DNA of 64,000 bases from Thecamonas trahens ATCC 50062 (Eukaryota; Protista; Apusomonadida). A model generated the notes under the pieces. The model searched no databases. It saw nothing but the letters and a program-made list of their open reading frames with translations, and was not told the DNA's origin. The position numbers and the translations under genes are program-made. The stretch is taken from NCBI RefSeq assembly GCF_000142905.1, contig NW_013657615.1:62001-126000 (forward strand), written 5' to 3'. This document shows positions 1-11,043 of the stretch, one piece after another; positions within the stretch are counted from its first letter, which is position 1; every line of letters begins with the position of its first letter.

Positions 1-2485
1 GCAGGACGAGGTTGACCCACGCCGCGCAGTGGATGATGACATCAACGCGCGGCACAACGCTCTCCAGAACTTCGGGCCGCAGCAGGCCCTTGCCCGCCCG
101 CGGCTCCTCCGAGCTCAGGTCGCCCTCGACCACCACCACCCGTCCGGTGTTGAGTGCACGGTCGAGCGCCCGCACGTCGAGCGCATACGTGTCAAACGCG
201 CCCATCATCGCCGTCCGCGTATCGCCCGGCGACTCGGACCGCGGGCGGACAACCACAAAGATGACCTCGGCATCGGTCTTGTCGTGGATGAGCTGCGCGA
301 GGATTGACGAACCGAGGAAGCCTGTTGCTCCGGTGAGCAGGATGCCGCGCGCCGAGCTGATGCCAGTCCACTGCGGGGTCTTGACAACATCAAGCGGGTT
401 GCTGTTGAACAGCTTGGCGTCGTCGACCCACGGCTGCGCGTCGGCAATGCCGATCGGCCCGGCCTTGCCCGACAGCGCCGCGGCGTGGGCGGCAAGGCCC
501 GGCTCGGCATACAGTGCGGTCATGGCGAGCTTGCCGCCGAGGATGCGTTCGTACTGGTACAGCAGTTGAGCCGCCGCCAGCGAGTGCCCGCCAAGGTCAA
601 AGAACGAGTCGTTTGCCGTCACCGTTCCGGCCGGCAGCGAGAGCACGTGGTCCCAGATGGCGCAGAGAACAGCCTCGGTCTCGGCCATGCCCAGCGACGC
701 CGCACCCTGGGGCACAATCGGCGGAAGCGGCGGGACCTGTGCCCGCGACGGGAGCTCCGGCAAGGCCTTGCGGTCGAGCTTGCCGGATACGCTGTTGATG
801 GGCAGGTCGTCGAGGAGGAGCCAGACCGACGGAATCATGTAGTCCGGCAGGACGTCGGCGAGAGCGGCGCGCAGCGCGGGCGCGGCACCGGTCGTCGAGT
901 CGATGTCTGCCGCCGTCGGCAAGTGCTTGCCAGGCGGTGCTACCGACTCGTCGGTCACCACCAGGTACGCCGCCAGCCGCTTGTCCTCACCCTCGGCGCC
1001 GTCGGCTACGACGACGGCCGACGCAAGGGCAAGGCTCTCCAGCAGCGCCGACTCGATGGCCGAGAGCGTGACCGAATACCCGCGGATCTTGACGAAAAAG
1101 TTGCAGCGGCCGAGGACCTCGAGGCACCCGTTGGGCAGGAGCCTCACCCGGTCGCCGGTCTTGTACATGCGGTCGGTGTAGTCGCAGCGGACATCGTCGT
1201 GGGTGTTGCCCACAAACTCACCGCCGGCATCAGCGAGCGCAAACGGGTTCGGCGGGAAGCGCTCGGCGGTGAGCGCCGGCGACGAGTAGCCGCGGGCGAG
1301 GACCGGGCCCGAGACAAAGAGCTCGCCGGCCTCACCCGGCGCGACCGGCGCCAGGGTCTCCGAGTCGAGGATGTGGCAGTGGGCAGTGTCGGCTGGGAAG
1401 CCGACCGGCGCCACAGCCGGCGAGTCGGCGAGCAGCTCGGGCTTGCGCAGATTGAGCGCCGCCACTTCGTGGCACTCGGAGATCGAGTACAGGTTGTACA
1501 GAGCGCACGAGTCCGGAAGAACCGACTCGAGCGTCGCCAGCAGCTTGCGGGTTACCACCTCGCCGTTGAGCCAGACGATGGCAAAGCCGGCAAAGAGGGC
1601 GCGGAGCGCGTCCATGTCGTACGAGGCGAGGAGCGACTCAATGAGCGAGGGCGTGAAGAGCATCTCGGACACATCGTGCTCCTCCAGGTAGCTCACCAGC
1701 GCCGGAAAGTCGTAGATGATGCTGTTGGGGATGGAGAGCAGCGTGCCACCGCGGAGAAGCGGACGGATCGACTCCCAGATGTAGAACACGTTGGCGGCGA
1801 CGACGTAGCCGTTGCGGCCGGGGAGCGGGGTGTAGTCACCTCCCGCCAGTGACCACCGCCAAATGTACGAGGTGACTGGCGCATGATGCGGGTTGAGGAT
1901 GGCCTTGGGCATGCCTGTCGTTCCGGACGAGGCCGAGACAAAGGCAAGGGCATCGCGATCGACCGGCACACGCTTGTCCGCCGGCAGCGGGGTGAGGCCC
2001 TGAGCAGCGACCAGCTCGCTCAGGCGAGCCATCCACTTGTCGACTGACGGACCATGCGCCTCATACTCGATGACGACCGGAGAGCACTCTGCGCCATCGA
2101 GGGCCTCAATGAGCGTCGGCTCGAGCTCTGCATCAGTGATGACGACCGGAGGAGCGACGGTAGCGAGCATGTGCTTGAGCAGCGGACGAGGTGATGCGAC
2201 TTCGATGACAAAGAAGGCACCGCCAGCCATGAGAGCAGCCATGAGAGCAACCATATAAGCCGAAGATTTGCGAAGATAGAGGCCAACTGCCGTGTCGCGA
2301 GCCACGCCAAGAGCAGCAAGATGACTGGCCAGGTACTCAGCACGAGTGGCAAGCTCACCATAGGTCAGACTCCCCAAGCCATCCACAAGAGCCATACGCT
2401 CGGGTGTAGCCTCTGCTTGGGCTACAAACATATCATGTAGCGTCCCTCGCACTTCGGCATCGCTACGCGCAGCGGTGAGTGGCAT
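1..2485 (-). CDS. NRPS-like adenylation-thiolation-reductase (A-T-R) enzyme, ATRR (glycine betaine reductase)-like; 3' end runs off the window
   Basis: Translated by hand from ATG 2485. A1 LTYGEL; A3 FVSASSGTTGMPK; NPHHAPVTSY..ANVFYIWESIRPLLRG; A7/A8 MYKTGDRVR..GRCNFFVKIRGYSV; A10 SGKLDRKAL; carrier motif FFDLGGHSL (Ser codon 583-581); reductase Rossmann LLTGATGFLG (~340-311) and IIHCAAWVN. Open to the edge, so it is missing from the ORF track. The start is uncertain (an upstream ATG at 2597 is in another frame). Confidence 0.9.
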   Translation of the reverse strand, partial: MPLTAARSDAEVRGTLHDMFVAQAEATPERMALVDGLGSLTYGELATRAEYLASHLAALGVARDTAVGLYLRKSSAYMVALMAALMAGGAFFVIEVASPRPLLKHMLATVAPPVVITDAELEPTLIEALDGAECSPVVIEYEAHGPSVDKWMARLSELVAAQGLTPLPADKRVPVDRDALAFVSASSGTTGMPKAILNPHHAPVTSYIWRWSLAGGDYTPLPGRNGYVVAANVFYIWESIRPLLRGGTLLSIPNSIIYDFPALVSYLEEHDVSEMLFTPSLIESLLASYDMDALRALFAGFAIVWLNGEVVTRKLLATLESVLPDSCALYNLYSISECHEVAALNLRKPELLADSPAVAPVGFPADTAHCHILDSETLAPVAPGEAGELFVSGPVLARGYSSPALTAERFPPNPFALADAGGEFVGNTHDDVRCDYTDRMYKTGDRVRLLPNGCLEVLGRCNFFVKIRGYSVTLSAIESALLESLALASAVVVADGAEGEDKRLAAYLVVTDESVAPPGKHLPTAADIDSTTGAAPALRAALADVLPDYMIPSVWLLLDDLPINSVSGKLDRKALPELPSRAQVPPLPPIVPQGAASLGMAETEAVLCAIWDHVLSLPAGTVTANDSFFDLGGHSLAAAQLLYQYERILGGKLAMTALYAEPGLAAHAAALSGKAGPIGIADAQPWVDDAKLFNSNPLDVVKTPQWTGISSARGILLTGATGFLGSSILAQLIHDKTDAEVIFVVVRPRSESPGDTRTAMMGAFDTYALDVRALDRALNTGRVVVVEGDLSSEEPRAGKGLLRPEVLESVVPRVDVIIHCAAWVNLVL

Positions 2486-2702
2486 GGTCAAGTGTATCTC
2501 CCTTGTTCCCTATACCACCTCCCGTCGTAATCTCGTGCTGCGTGCCTGAGGATGTGGGGATGGTTGCTTGCTCGACTGGCACCACTTTGTTGACCATTTT
2601 TGAAATGCGGCGGAGGGAGTCTTTTTTTTTTCTGCGGGGAAATGGGGTGTTTGTGTATGGATGCGAGAGGGGGAGAGAGGAGAGATGGAGGGATCGTGTA
2701 CC

Positions 2703-2707
<5 letters not shown>

Positions 2708-2782
<75 letters not shown>

Positions 2783-2784
2783 TG
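2708..2784. repeat. (GT)n/(CA)n microsatellite
   Basis: About 38 GT units read directly, upstream of the minus-strand NRPS-like gene. Confidence 0.97.
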
Positions 2785-3236
2785 GCCATGGGAATGGATG
2801 AGGGGGCTGATGGAGTATGGAGTGTTGGAGGAGGACGTGATGGGGGGGAAGGGGGGGGGCTTGGGTGGAGGTGATGGGCTGGAGGCAGGATGTGGGATGG
2901 GAGCGGTGGGAGATGTGATGGATGGCGGTGGGTGTATGTGAAGAAGCGGGAGGAGGAACTGGTTAGTCTGGGGGGTTTACAGAGTTTTTTTTGCGACGGC
3001 AGGCGAGCGCAGCTACTTTTTCTGCCTCTGCCTTCACAACCACGACCACCCATCACAAACACAATACCATCACCAGAATGAGACATCATCATACACTCCC
3101 CCTCCTTCCTCCTCCCTCCTCCCTACTACATCATCCCTCTTCCATCAACCACAAACCGGAACAGTTCCATTCCGTGGCGACACCAAAAAAAATACCTCCC
3201 CCCTCCCGTCCATCAGCAAACGACACAAGAGCCGCA

Positions 3237-3675
3237 NNNNNNNNNNNNNNNNNNNNNNNNNNNNNNNNNNNNNNNNNNNNNNNNNNNNNNNNNNNNNNNN
3301 NNNNNNNNNNNNNNNNNNNNNNNNNNNNNNNNNNNNNNNNNNNNNNNNNNNNNNNNNNNNNNNNNNNNNNNNNNNNNNNNNNNNNNNNNNNNNNNNNNNN
3401 NNNNNNNNNNNNNNNNNNNNNNNNNNNNNNNNNNNNNNNNNNNNNNNNNNNNNNNNNNNNNNNNNNNNNNNNNNNNNNNNNNNNNNNNNNNNNNNNNNNN
3501 NNNNNNNNNNNNNNNNNNNNNNNNNNNNNNNNNNNNNNNNNNNNNNNNNNNNNNNNNNNNNNNNNNNNNNNNNNNNNNNNNNNNNNNNNNNNNNNNNNNN
3601 NNNNNNNNNNNNNNNNNNNNNNNNNNNNNNNNNNNNNNNNNNNNNNNNNNNNNNNNNNNNNNNNNNNNNNNNNNN
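3237..3675. other. assembly gap (N run)
   Basis: Ns. Confidence 1.
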
Positions 3676-3728
3676 CCCCCCCCCCCCCCCTTCTCCCCCC
3701 TTACCACCCCCTACCACCCCCTCACCGC

Positions 3729-6700
3729 ATGTCGCCTTCTGTCCACCGTGCGGCTCTGGCTGCGTTTGGCGTGTGTGTGGTGCTGCTGGCTGTGGTGGTC
3801 AGACAGTCTGCCATACCACCACCACCACCACCGCCACCGCCACCACCACCCACCCATACTCATCATATCATTCATTTGAAACAAAAAATGGTATCATCTC
3901 ATCGGACTCGTACTTCTGCTTCTGCTTCTGCTTCTGCTCGACGTCATCGCTTATATCACATGCCGTCGCTACAGCGTCATCTCTTTCAAGCTCTCGTTGC
4001 AGAGAATCGCATGGCTCAGCTTCGCCTTGGTGGCTACGTCGAGGCGGTTGGTCCGCAAGATCGGATCAGCGAGTCGGTTGGCCGGCGAGATCAAGTAAGC
4101 GGGCAAGACCTTGCAGGCGCGGCGGAAGATACCTCGGCTGACTACCAAGACGACTCTGCGCCGGCCGGCAATCATCTCAGGCCAAGGCAGCAAGCAAAGG
4201 TGATCATCAGGGTCGGCAGAGAGCACGAGCTGGTGACGGACAATGTCGTAGTACGCTTTGGCGACACCAGAGAAGGCAGCACTGCTAGCGCCCGCAGTCT
4301 GCGGCTGGTGCTTTCCGGCTCGACGCCAGGCCTGTGGCAGCTGGTGGTCGACGGCGTAGAGACCGATGAGCGCGGGATGCATCCCACAGCTGTATCAGGC
4401 TCCATCAGAACCGAAAGCCATGTGGTGCGGCTATTCGGCTCGGCTGCAGTTGGCCCGCTGATTCTCACAGCTGTCGAGGTTGTGGCCGACGACGCACAGT
4501 GCCGGCTCCCACCTCCGCTCTCGACTCATGCCTTGGCGGGCGATGTTCGCACCGACAGCGCAGCCGCTGACAGTGACGGGCAGCTGGCGGTCCCAGTGCT
4601 GGACACCCGGCCGGGCTCGGCCAATGTAATCTATCTGGACTTTGACGGCGAGAATGTGACCGAGACCGAGTGGAACACGCAGTACGGCGGGCCGATGGCT
4701 GCGGCACCGTTCTCGATGGACAGCAACATGACAGCGTTTTCTGCTAAGGATATTGCGGTCATCACCACGATTGTCCGCGGGGTGGCCGAGGACTACGCAC
4801 CGTGGGACATCAGTATTACCACGTCACGGGCGCGGTACGACACGGCGGACGTGTCGTCACGGTCTCACTGCGTCATCACCAACTCGGTCTTTGCCGGCTT
4901 CAACACCGGCGGTGTGGCGCACATGTACGCTTTCCCGGACTCGGACTACTGGCAGCCGACGTGGATTTTTGCGTCGAACCTCGACATGGACGTGCAACAC
5001 ATTGCCAGCGCTGCCGCGCACGAGCTCGGGCACCAGCTCGGTCTCTTTCACGACGGACGGACCGGCCTCGGCGAGTACTACCCAGGCCACGGCATCGGCG
5101 CCACATCCTGGGCCCCGATCATGGGCCTGCCCTACGGCGCCTCCATCACACAGTGGTCCGACGGGGACTACTTTGGCGCAACCAACACCCAGGACGATGT
5201 CTACGACGTGGCATGGCTCAATGCCGTCGACCCTGTCCCGGATGATGTGCCCGACTCGCCCGCCCAAGCTCTCGCCCTTGACACAACTTCGATCCAGGCC
5301 GGCGCTGTCCTCGCGTCGGGCGTCATCTCCAACCGTAACGACGCCGATGCATTCCTGGTTGTCGTCGAGCATGCCGGCCCGTTCGCGCTGGATGTCACCA
5401 CGCTCTCGCAAGAGCTGCCGGGTATGGGCAATCTCGACGTGAGGGCAGAGCTGTACGATGCCAACGATGGATACACCCTCATCCACGTGTCAGACAGCCC
5501 GGACGTGGTCACCGCGCGCGTCCAGGCCCAGGCCACATCTTATGCCAAGAACTGGGTAGTTGTCGTCCGTGGCACAGGCTGGGGCCATCCGGCGTCAGCC
5601 AACACAACCGGGTATTCTAACTACGGCTCGCTCGGGGCGTACACGCTCTCGGTCAGCCGCTGGCCCGCCGCCCCGGCGCTCTGCAACAGCTCGTCCGTCC
5701 GCAACCGCGAATGCGAGGCCTGCGTCACCTACACGGGACCATCGGGCCCGTGCTACTTCTGCCAAAGTCGCGCCGCGTGTCTCGGATATGTTGAGGCGAA
5801 CACTACGTGTCCTGGAAATGCGATGGGTTTGGGATCTTGTGTGCTGCCATCGCCACCGCCACCGCCGCCGCCTCCACCGCCCTCACCGCCGCCGCCTCCA
5901 CCGCCATCGCCCCCACCGCCGCCGTCGCCCTCACCGCCACCGCCATCGCCGCCACCATCGCCCTCGCCCTCACTGCCGCCGCCTCCACCGCCGCCGTCGC
6001 CCTCACCGCCACCGCCATCGCCACCACCATCGCCATCGCCCCTCCCTGTACAGCAGCCCGACCCTATCGACCGCATATCCACACTAGAAGATAGATCGAT
6101 GTACTTCGAGGAAGATCTAACACGCCCAAGATCAGTGAATTTNNNNNNNNNNNNNNNNNNNNNNNNNNNNNNNNNNNNNNNNNNNNNNNNNNNNNNNNNN
6201 NNNNNNNNNNNNNNNNNNNNNNNNNNNNNNNNNNNNNNNNNNATCGCCCTCGCCCCCACCACCGCCACCGCCCCCACCATCGCCTTTGCCCTCACCGCCA
6301 CCGCCAATCCCGCCCTCCCCACCGCCACCTTACCCACCGCCACCCTCCCCACATCCTCGCCCACGCTCACCACCACCGCCACCTCCATCCCCATCGGCTG
6401 CTGCCGGAACCGAAGCAGGCGTCCGCCCCACCTCACAGGACTCGAAGACGCCCATGGCGGCAGTGCTTATGGGTGGGGGAGCTACACTCGCTGCGCTCGC
6501 CTTTTGCCTTCTTGTTCTTGTTTTCATCCGTCGACGGAGCCGGAGGCCTCCGCTCCCGAAGCCGATGCTGCTGGCAGCTCCGCTGTCACATCCGCTGCCT
6601 CCCCCTGTGGTTTCGGCGTCCTCGCCGTCCTCGCCAGCGCTCCCGCATCGATTCGACTCGCCGCGCCCTGCGCCGAGCACGCCGCGGCTGGAGCTGTTAT

Positions 6701-6798
6701 CGCACTCGGCCCACTCGCAAGAGCTCGGCGTCGAGCTCGATGACAGCTACGCCGTAGACATTGTGCACGAGATTGCATCGCTGTTGTCGTCCGAGTGA
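3729..6798 (+). CDS. Membrane-anchored zinc metalloprotease (metzincin/reprolysin-like, bacterial 'IYLDFDG' type) with PPC-like domain, Cys-rich PSI-like module, Ser-Pro stalk, TM helix and cytosolic tail
   Basis: Signal-like MSPSVHRAALAAFGVCVVLLAVVV; VIYLDFDG; zinc motif HELGHQLGLFH; Met-turn WAPIMG; DADAF..LDVRAELYD..YSNYGSLGAYTLS; Cys cluster; SPPPP repeats. After the gap at 6143-6242 the 6286..6798 frame continues the SP repeats into TM ATLAALAFCLLVLVFI-RRR. A possible in-frame intron lies at 3798-3974. Confidence 0.8.
6143..6242. other. assembly gap (100 N)
   Basis: Ns inside the Pro-rich coding repeat. Confidence 1.
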
Positions 6799-6845
6799 CA
6801 CGCGGCAGGTGCTGGCTTCCGTAAAACAAGTGTGTTACTACTGCA

Positions 6846-7720
6846 CTACTTGACGTCAGGCACGACGCCGTGGCGGACAAAGTGGTTGCCGCACGACTGG
6901 CAGAGCTCGCGGGCGTCGTTAGGCCCGCGGTAGAGCAGCTTTGTGGTCGTACCGCAAGCGGCACACGCCGTCGGCCGCGGCGGCGGCTGGAGGGTCGAGG
7001 CGCGGACACGGGTGTGGACCGGGGTAACGGGCTTGGTTCCGCGAGCGATGGGCAGCGGCGGCTGGGCGTAGACCATGTCGAGCATGGTGGCGAGCGACGA
7101 CGGCGGCGGTGGCGGGCGGGCCTGCGAGAGTGCATACGAGAGAGTCGAGGCCTCAGACGAGCGGTGAGCCATGGAGAGGATCTCGACAACGGCGGTGCCC
7201 GGGACAACGTCTGCGGCCTGGGCCTTGGGCTCCACGAGAGCGTGCTTCTTCATCCAGGCGAGCTCGTCGAGGGTGGCGAGGTCGCGGTCGGCCACGAGCT
7301 TGTTGAGGCAGGTGTTGACGGCGTGCGGCGAGAGGTCGCACGCCGAGAACACCTTGTTCTGCCACTCGTCGAGCGAGAGGTAGGCGACAAAGCCGCGCGG
7401 CGTCTCGCGCCAGAACACAGCCATGGCCATGTGCGGCAGGACCTCGATGAACCGCCAAACCGGGACTCCGTTAGAGTCGACGATGGGGACGGCCATGGTG
7501 GAGAGTGCGTTGCGCGGCGGTGAGCGTGCCCGCGTCCGCGGCGGCGAGCTGGCCTTGATGGGCGAGATCGACCGGGTCGGCACCGTACCCTTGCTCGGCG
7601 ACGCCTGCGCCGGCGAGCTCATGTTCGTTGCGTCGGGCGGCAGCGGGGCCGAGACTGCAGAGCCGGCTGCTTCGCCACCCTGGCCAGCAATGGGCGTGAC
7701 CGGTGTGGTCGGCGGCGGGT

Positions 7721-7755
<35 letters not shown>

Positions 7756-8753
7756 GCGGCGCGGGCCGGATTGTACGCGGCCTGCTCGTCGGGGCTGAGG
7801 TTCTTCCACATGGCCAGCAGGACGGCGTCAAGCGACTCGGGTGCCATGGAGGCAAACTGCGGGAGGGCGGCGAGCGGGATGCGACGCTCGGTGGCAAAGG
7901 CCTGGAAGGCGCGCGAGGTGGGGAGCTTGGGCCGCTTTGCGTCTGGCCCAGCGTCCTTCATCTCGCTCGGGCGCGGACGCTTTCGCGACGGGCCATGCTC
8001 GCCGGCAGACTCGACATGATCGCGGACGCGCTGCAGCGGCGGGACGGCGGCGTAGTGGAGGGTGGTGTCCGACGGGCGCGGGACGAGGACGTCAACGTCG
8101 GGGAACCAGACATCTGCGCCCGAGGTAGCCCTGGTGACCCAAGACGGGTTGACGTTGGGCAGAGTGACGCGGGAGAGCTTGTCCATCTGACCACGCATGA
8201 TATGAGCCTCATATGCGTAGATCTGTGAGCGCATGGAGGTGGCGATGGCGACAGCAAAGGAGGGCGGCAAGCCAAGTTCGGCGGCCATTGCGGTAGCAAA
8301 GGGCTGAATGGAGTCCTTGTTGTTGGGCTCATTGAGATCCCACTCGATTTGATCACGGAGAGTAACCGAGTCAATCTCAATGTCAATGGTAAGCGGAACT
8401 CTGATTTCACCAAAGGCCGGATCTGGGACAAAGAGGGTATACTCCTCGACTGCCTTTGAGATAGCAGCCACGACAGCATCAACAAAGGAGAGAGGGAATG
8501 ATGCCTCTTTGAGCAACTGAGTAGCAAATGCCTTCATCCTCTCCACATCTACCTCACTTCCATCCCATAGAAACTGTTCATCAATGTTCTTGTCACCACT
8601 CTCAAGTGAGACACTCACAGGGAGGAGGCCTGCCAGCTGAGCCGACGTCGTCGCCGACCAAGCACGTTCCGCCACCATGTCTCCTGCTGTCTCGCTGTCG
8701 TTGATAATCACAGGAATGGTGTGCGCACTCACCACGCTCTCTCCCTCCTGCAT
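6846..8753 (-). CDS. SNF5/SFH1-family chromatin-remodelling subunit with HMG-box, winged-helix-like segment and C-terminal GATA-type zinc finger
   Basis: Two SNF5 repeats (LLPVSVSLE..IDEQFLWD..FATQL; VPLTIDIEIDSVTLRDQIEWDLNE..FATAMAAELGLPPSFAVAIATSMRSQI). HMG-like PTSRAFQAF..MWKNLSPDEQAAY. GATA-like CAACG-x17-CQSCG. Confidence 0.82.
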
Positions 8754-8907
8754 CTTGCCCTGGCCTGTTGACGACGTGGTTGGGGTGGTCGGGGTGGTGG
8801 TGGTGGTGGTGGGTGGGGTGGGGGGGGGTGGGGGGGTGAGGTGGTGTCGTCGATGTTACTCTGGGAGGGGAAAGGGAGGCGATCGGCTGAGGGGGTTTTT
8901 GGAGCGG

Positions 8908-9039
8908 GTACGATTATTTGTTGTTGGGATTAATTGTTGGGGTGTGGGGGTGTACGATTATTTGTTGTTGGGATTAATTGTTGGGGTGTGGGGGTGTACG
9001 ATTATTTGTTGTTGGGATTAATTGTTGGGGTGCGGGGGT
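8908..9039. repeat. 44-bp tandem repeat x3 (GTACGATTATTTGTTGTTGGGATTAATTGTTGGGGTGTGGGGGT)
   Basis: Three near-identical copies read directly, upstream of the SNF5-like gene. Confidence 0.93.
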
Positions 9040-9103
9040 GGCGTGTGTGTGTCTGTGTGTCTGTCTGTGTGTGTGTTTGAAGGGAAGGGGAGGGGGAGGG
9101 GGA

Positions 9104-11043
9104 TTACGGGAGGAGGATCGACATCTGCCGCTCGAGATAGGCGGCAGCCTCGCCCTCGGTGAGCGAGCCGGCGTCGAGGGCGGCGAGGACCTCGTGGTGG
9201 ATGTGGGCCTCGGCAGCATTGTCCGAGCGCGACATGTGGGCGGCGACACGGATCATGGTGGCCTGGAAGTCGTGGACTGGCTGGTCGGCGAGGTGGGCCA
9301 GGTCGGTGGCCGATGGCACATCCGGCACGTCCGGCAGCGTCGTTGGGCAGTCTGTCCGCGGCGTGGTGAGCGAGACGACCGAGTCAAAGGGCGCGGCCCA
9401 GGCATCGCGCTTGGTCAAAGTCTCAGTCAAGCCAAAGATGTTCTTGAGCGAGGCGTAGAGCGAGGCGTGCGAGAAGCGCGAGGTCGGCTGTGGCTTGACA
9501 TCGGGCTCGGGCTCGTGGACTACGGTGCCCTTGGGGATGAGCGGCGAGACGGCGATAAAGGGGACGCGCACGCCGAGGCGGTCAAAGCCAAACGGCGGGC
9601 TGGTGGCAACCTTGCCGTCCGGGTTGGGCACGCCGTCGAGGGGCGTCGGCACATGGTCTGCAAAGCCGCCGTGCTCGTCAAAGGTGATGAGGAAGAGGGT
9701 CGAGTCCCACTGCGGCGAGGCGCGGATGGCCTCGTAGATCTTCTTGATCAGCAGCTCGCCAAGCTTGACGTTGTGGGCCGGATGGTGGTCGTTGGCCGGA
9801 ATGTCCAGCACGTGGAAGTACTTGGGCTCGAGCCAGGTCAGCATCGGCAGGGTGCCGGCGGCAACGTCAGTAAAGAAGTCGTCGAGCGGATGAAAGTGGG
9901 TCATGTGGTCGCGAACCTCGCGATTAAAAAAGACGGTGGGAAAGTCCTCAAAGTAGACGCCGAACGGGTTACGCGCGCTGCCCGACGCCTTGACGTGGTC
10001 GTAGAGCGCGTTGAAAATCGACTTGTTCGGCAGACCCTCGATGAGCCGCACATTCTCGTTGGTCGACATGCCGTCCGAGGTGCACGCGTAAGCAAAGGCT
10101 CGGTTGACCTCGGTCGGTCCGGGCACCGAGGCGTAGAACCGGTCAAAGACCGCGTACTCTTGCGCCAACGTGAAGAGCACCGGCAGCGTGGCGTTGTGGA
10201 AGCAGTCCATAGCCCGGCGCCCGTCCTGGTGAGTCAGCGCAAGGTCCTCCACAAACCCGTCCATCGTCGCTGGGTACTTGTTCGGCATGTCCGGAATCCG
10301 TCCGTGGCCAAACACCTGGTCCGTCGTCCCGGGCACTGAGTGCTCCGGCGACGGGCCGACGTCCACCGCGTCCTTGGTCACAAACACCTTTTCCGCGCTC
10401 GGATCCGACGTGTTCGTCGGGTTGAACTCGCTTCCAGTCAGCCCGTCGACCTCGGGGTTGAGTTCTTTGAGCCATCCGAGAAAGTGGTCGAACGATCGGT
10501 TCTCCATCATGAGGACCACAACCTGTTGGGTGACCAGGGCCGATCGAATTATCCAACGTTTGCCATTGATTGACCATCGGCAAAAGGCGTGCGCATGCGT
10601 CAGCCACCCCCTCACCGTCAGCAGCATGTCCATAGCGGAGCCAATAGCGAGCAGAAAAGAGAGCGGAAACGTTGCAAGCAGCCGTCATAGAGTATCATGA
10701 GTATATGTATCAACTTGTATCATCTGTAACATACCACATGTATGCCTATGCCCGCGTCCAAAGTGGGTCACATGCGGGCAACAAGCGGAAGTTTGGCAGC
10801 TCCCGCCGCCCCGCTCCTCTCCCCCCGCCCCCCCCCCCCCCTCCCACCACCTACAGACAGACAAAACAGGAGAGTGAAGAAGAGAGAACAACGTAGACAT
10901 TGTTTGTTATATATATATAATATGATGATGAAGATGATGGATGGATGTGTACGTACATTCTTGATGGGAGAGCTTGCGTTGGTGATGGGAGAGACAACAA
11001 GGACAAGAAGCGCAAGACTGATGACTGTCTGACTCAACTTCAT
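9104..11043 (-). CDS. Secreted phosphoesterase / non-specific phospholipase C (NPC/PlcH/AcpA family); 2 exons (11043-10957, 10522-9104)
   Basis: Exon 1 encodes signal peptide MKLSQTVISLALLVLVVSPITNA-SSPIKN. A GTACGT...CCAACAG intron joins it in phase 0 to VVVLMMENRSFDHFLG. Further motifs: FDRFYASVPGPT, NDHHP, ITFDEHGGFADHVP, RLGVRVP. Confidence 0.92.
10523..10956 (-). other. spliceosomal intron (434 nt)
   Basis: GT..AG ends; removal restores the family N-terminus SPIKN/VVVLMMENRSFDH. Confidence 0.85.

Noticed and set aside
485-1852. 455-aa plus-strand ORF
   Set aside because: Antisense shadow of the NRPS-like gene.
1-2485. Lys2 alpha-aminoadipate reductase
   Set aside because: No N-terminal extension, and the pocket motifs (NVFYIWE, KIRGYSV) fit ATRR better; not excluded without phylogeny.
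2991-3728. 5' extension of the 1250-aa ORF
   Set aside because: Reads through an N gap and low-complexity DNA; the signal peptide starts at ATG 3729.
6048-6142. Unique sequence after the SP repeat (VQQPDPIDRIS...) and the 6243-6743 frame
   Set aside because: Composition changes abruptly next to a gap, so this is probably a poor-quality contig end; the SP/TM frame after the gap is 6286..6798.
10523-10633. ORF-track start MDMLL.. for the phosphoesterase
   Set aside because: Lies inside the predicted intron; the true first exon is at 11043-10957.
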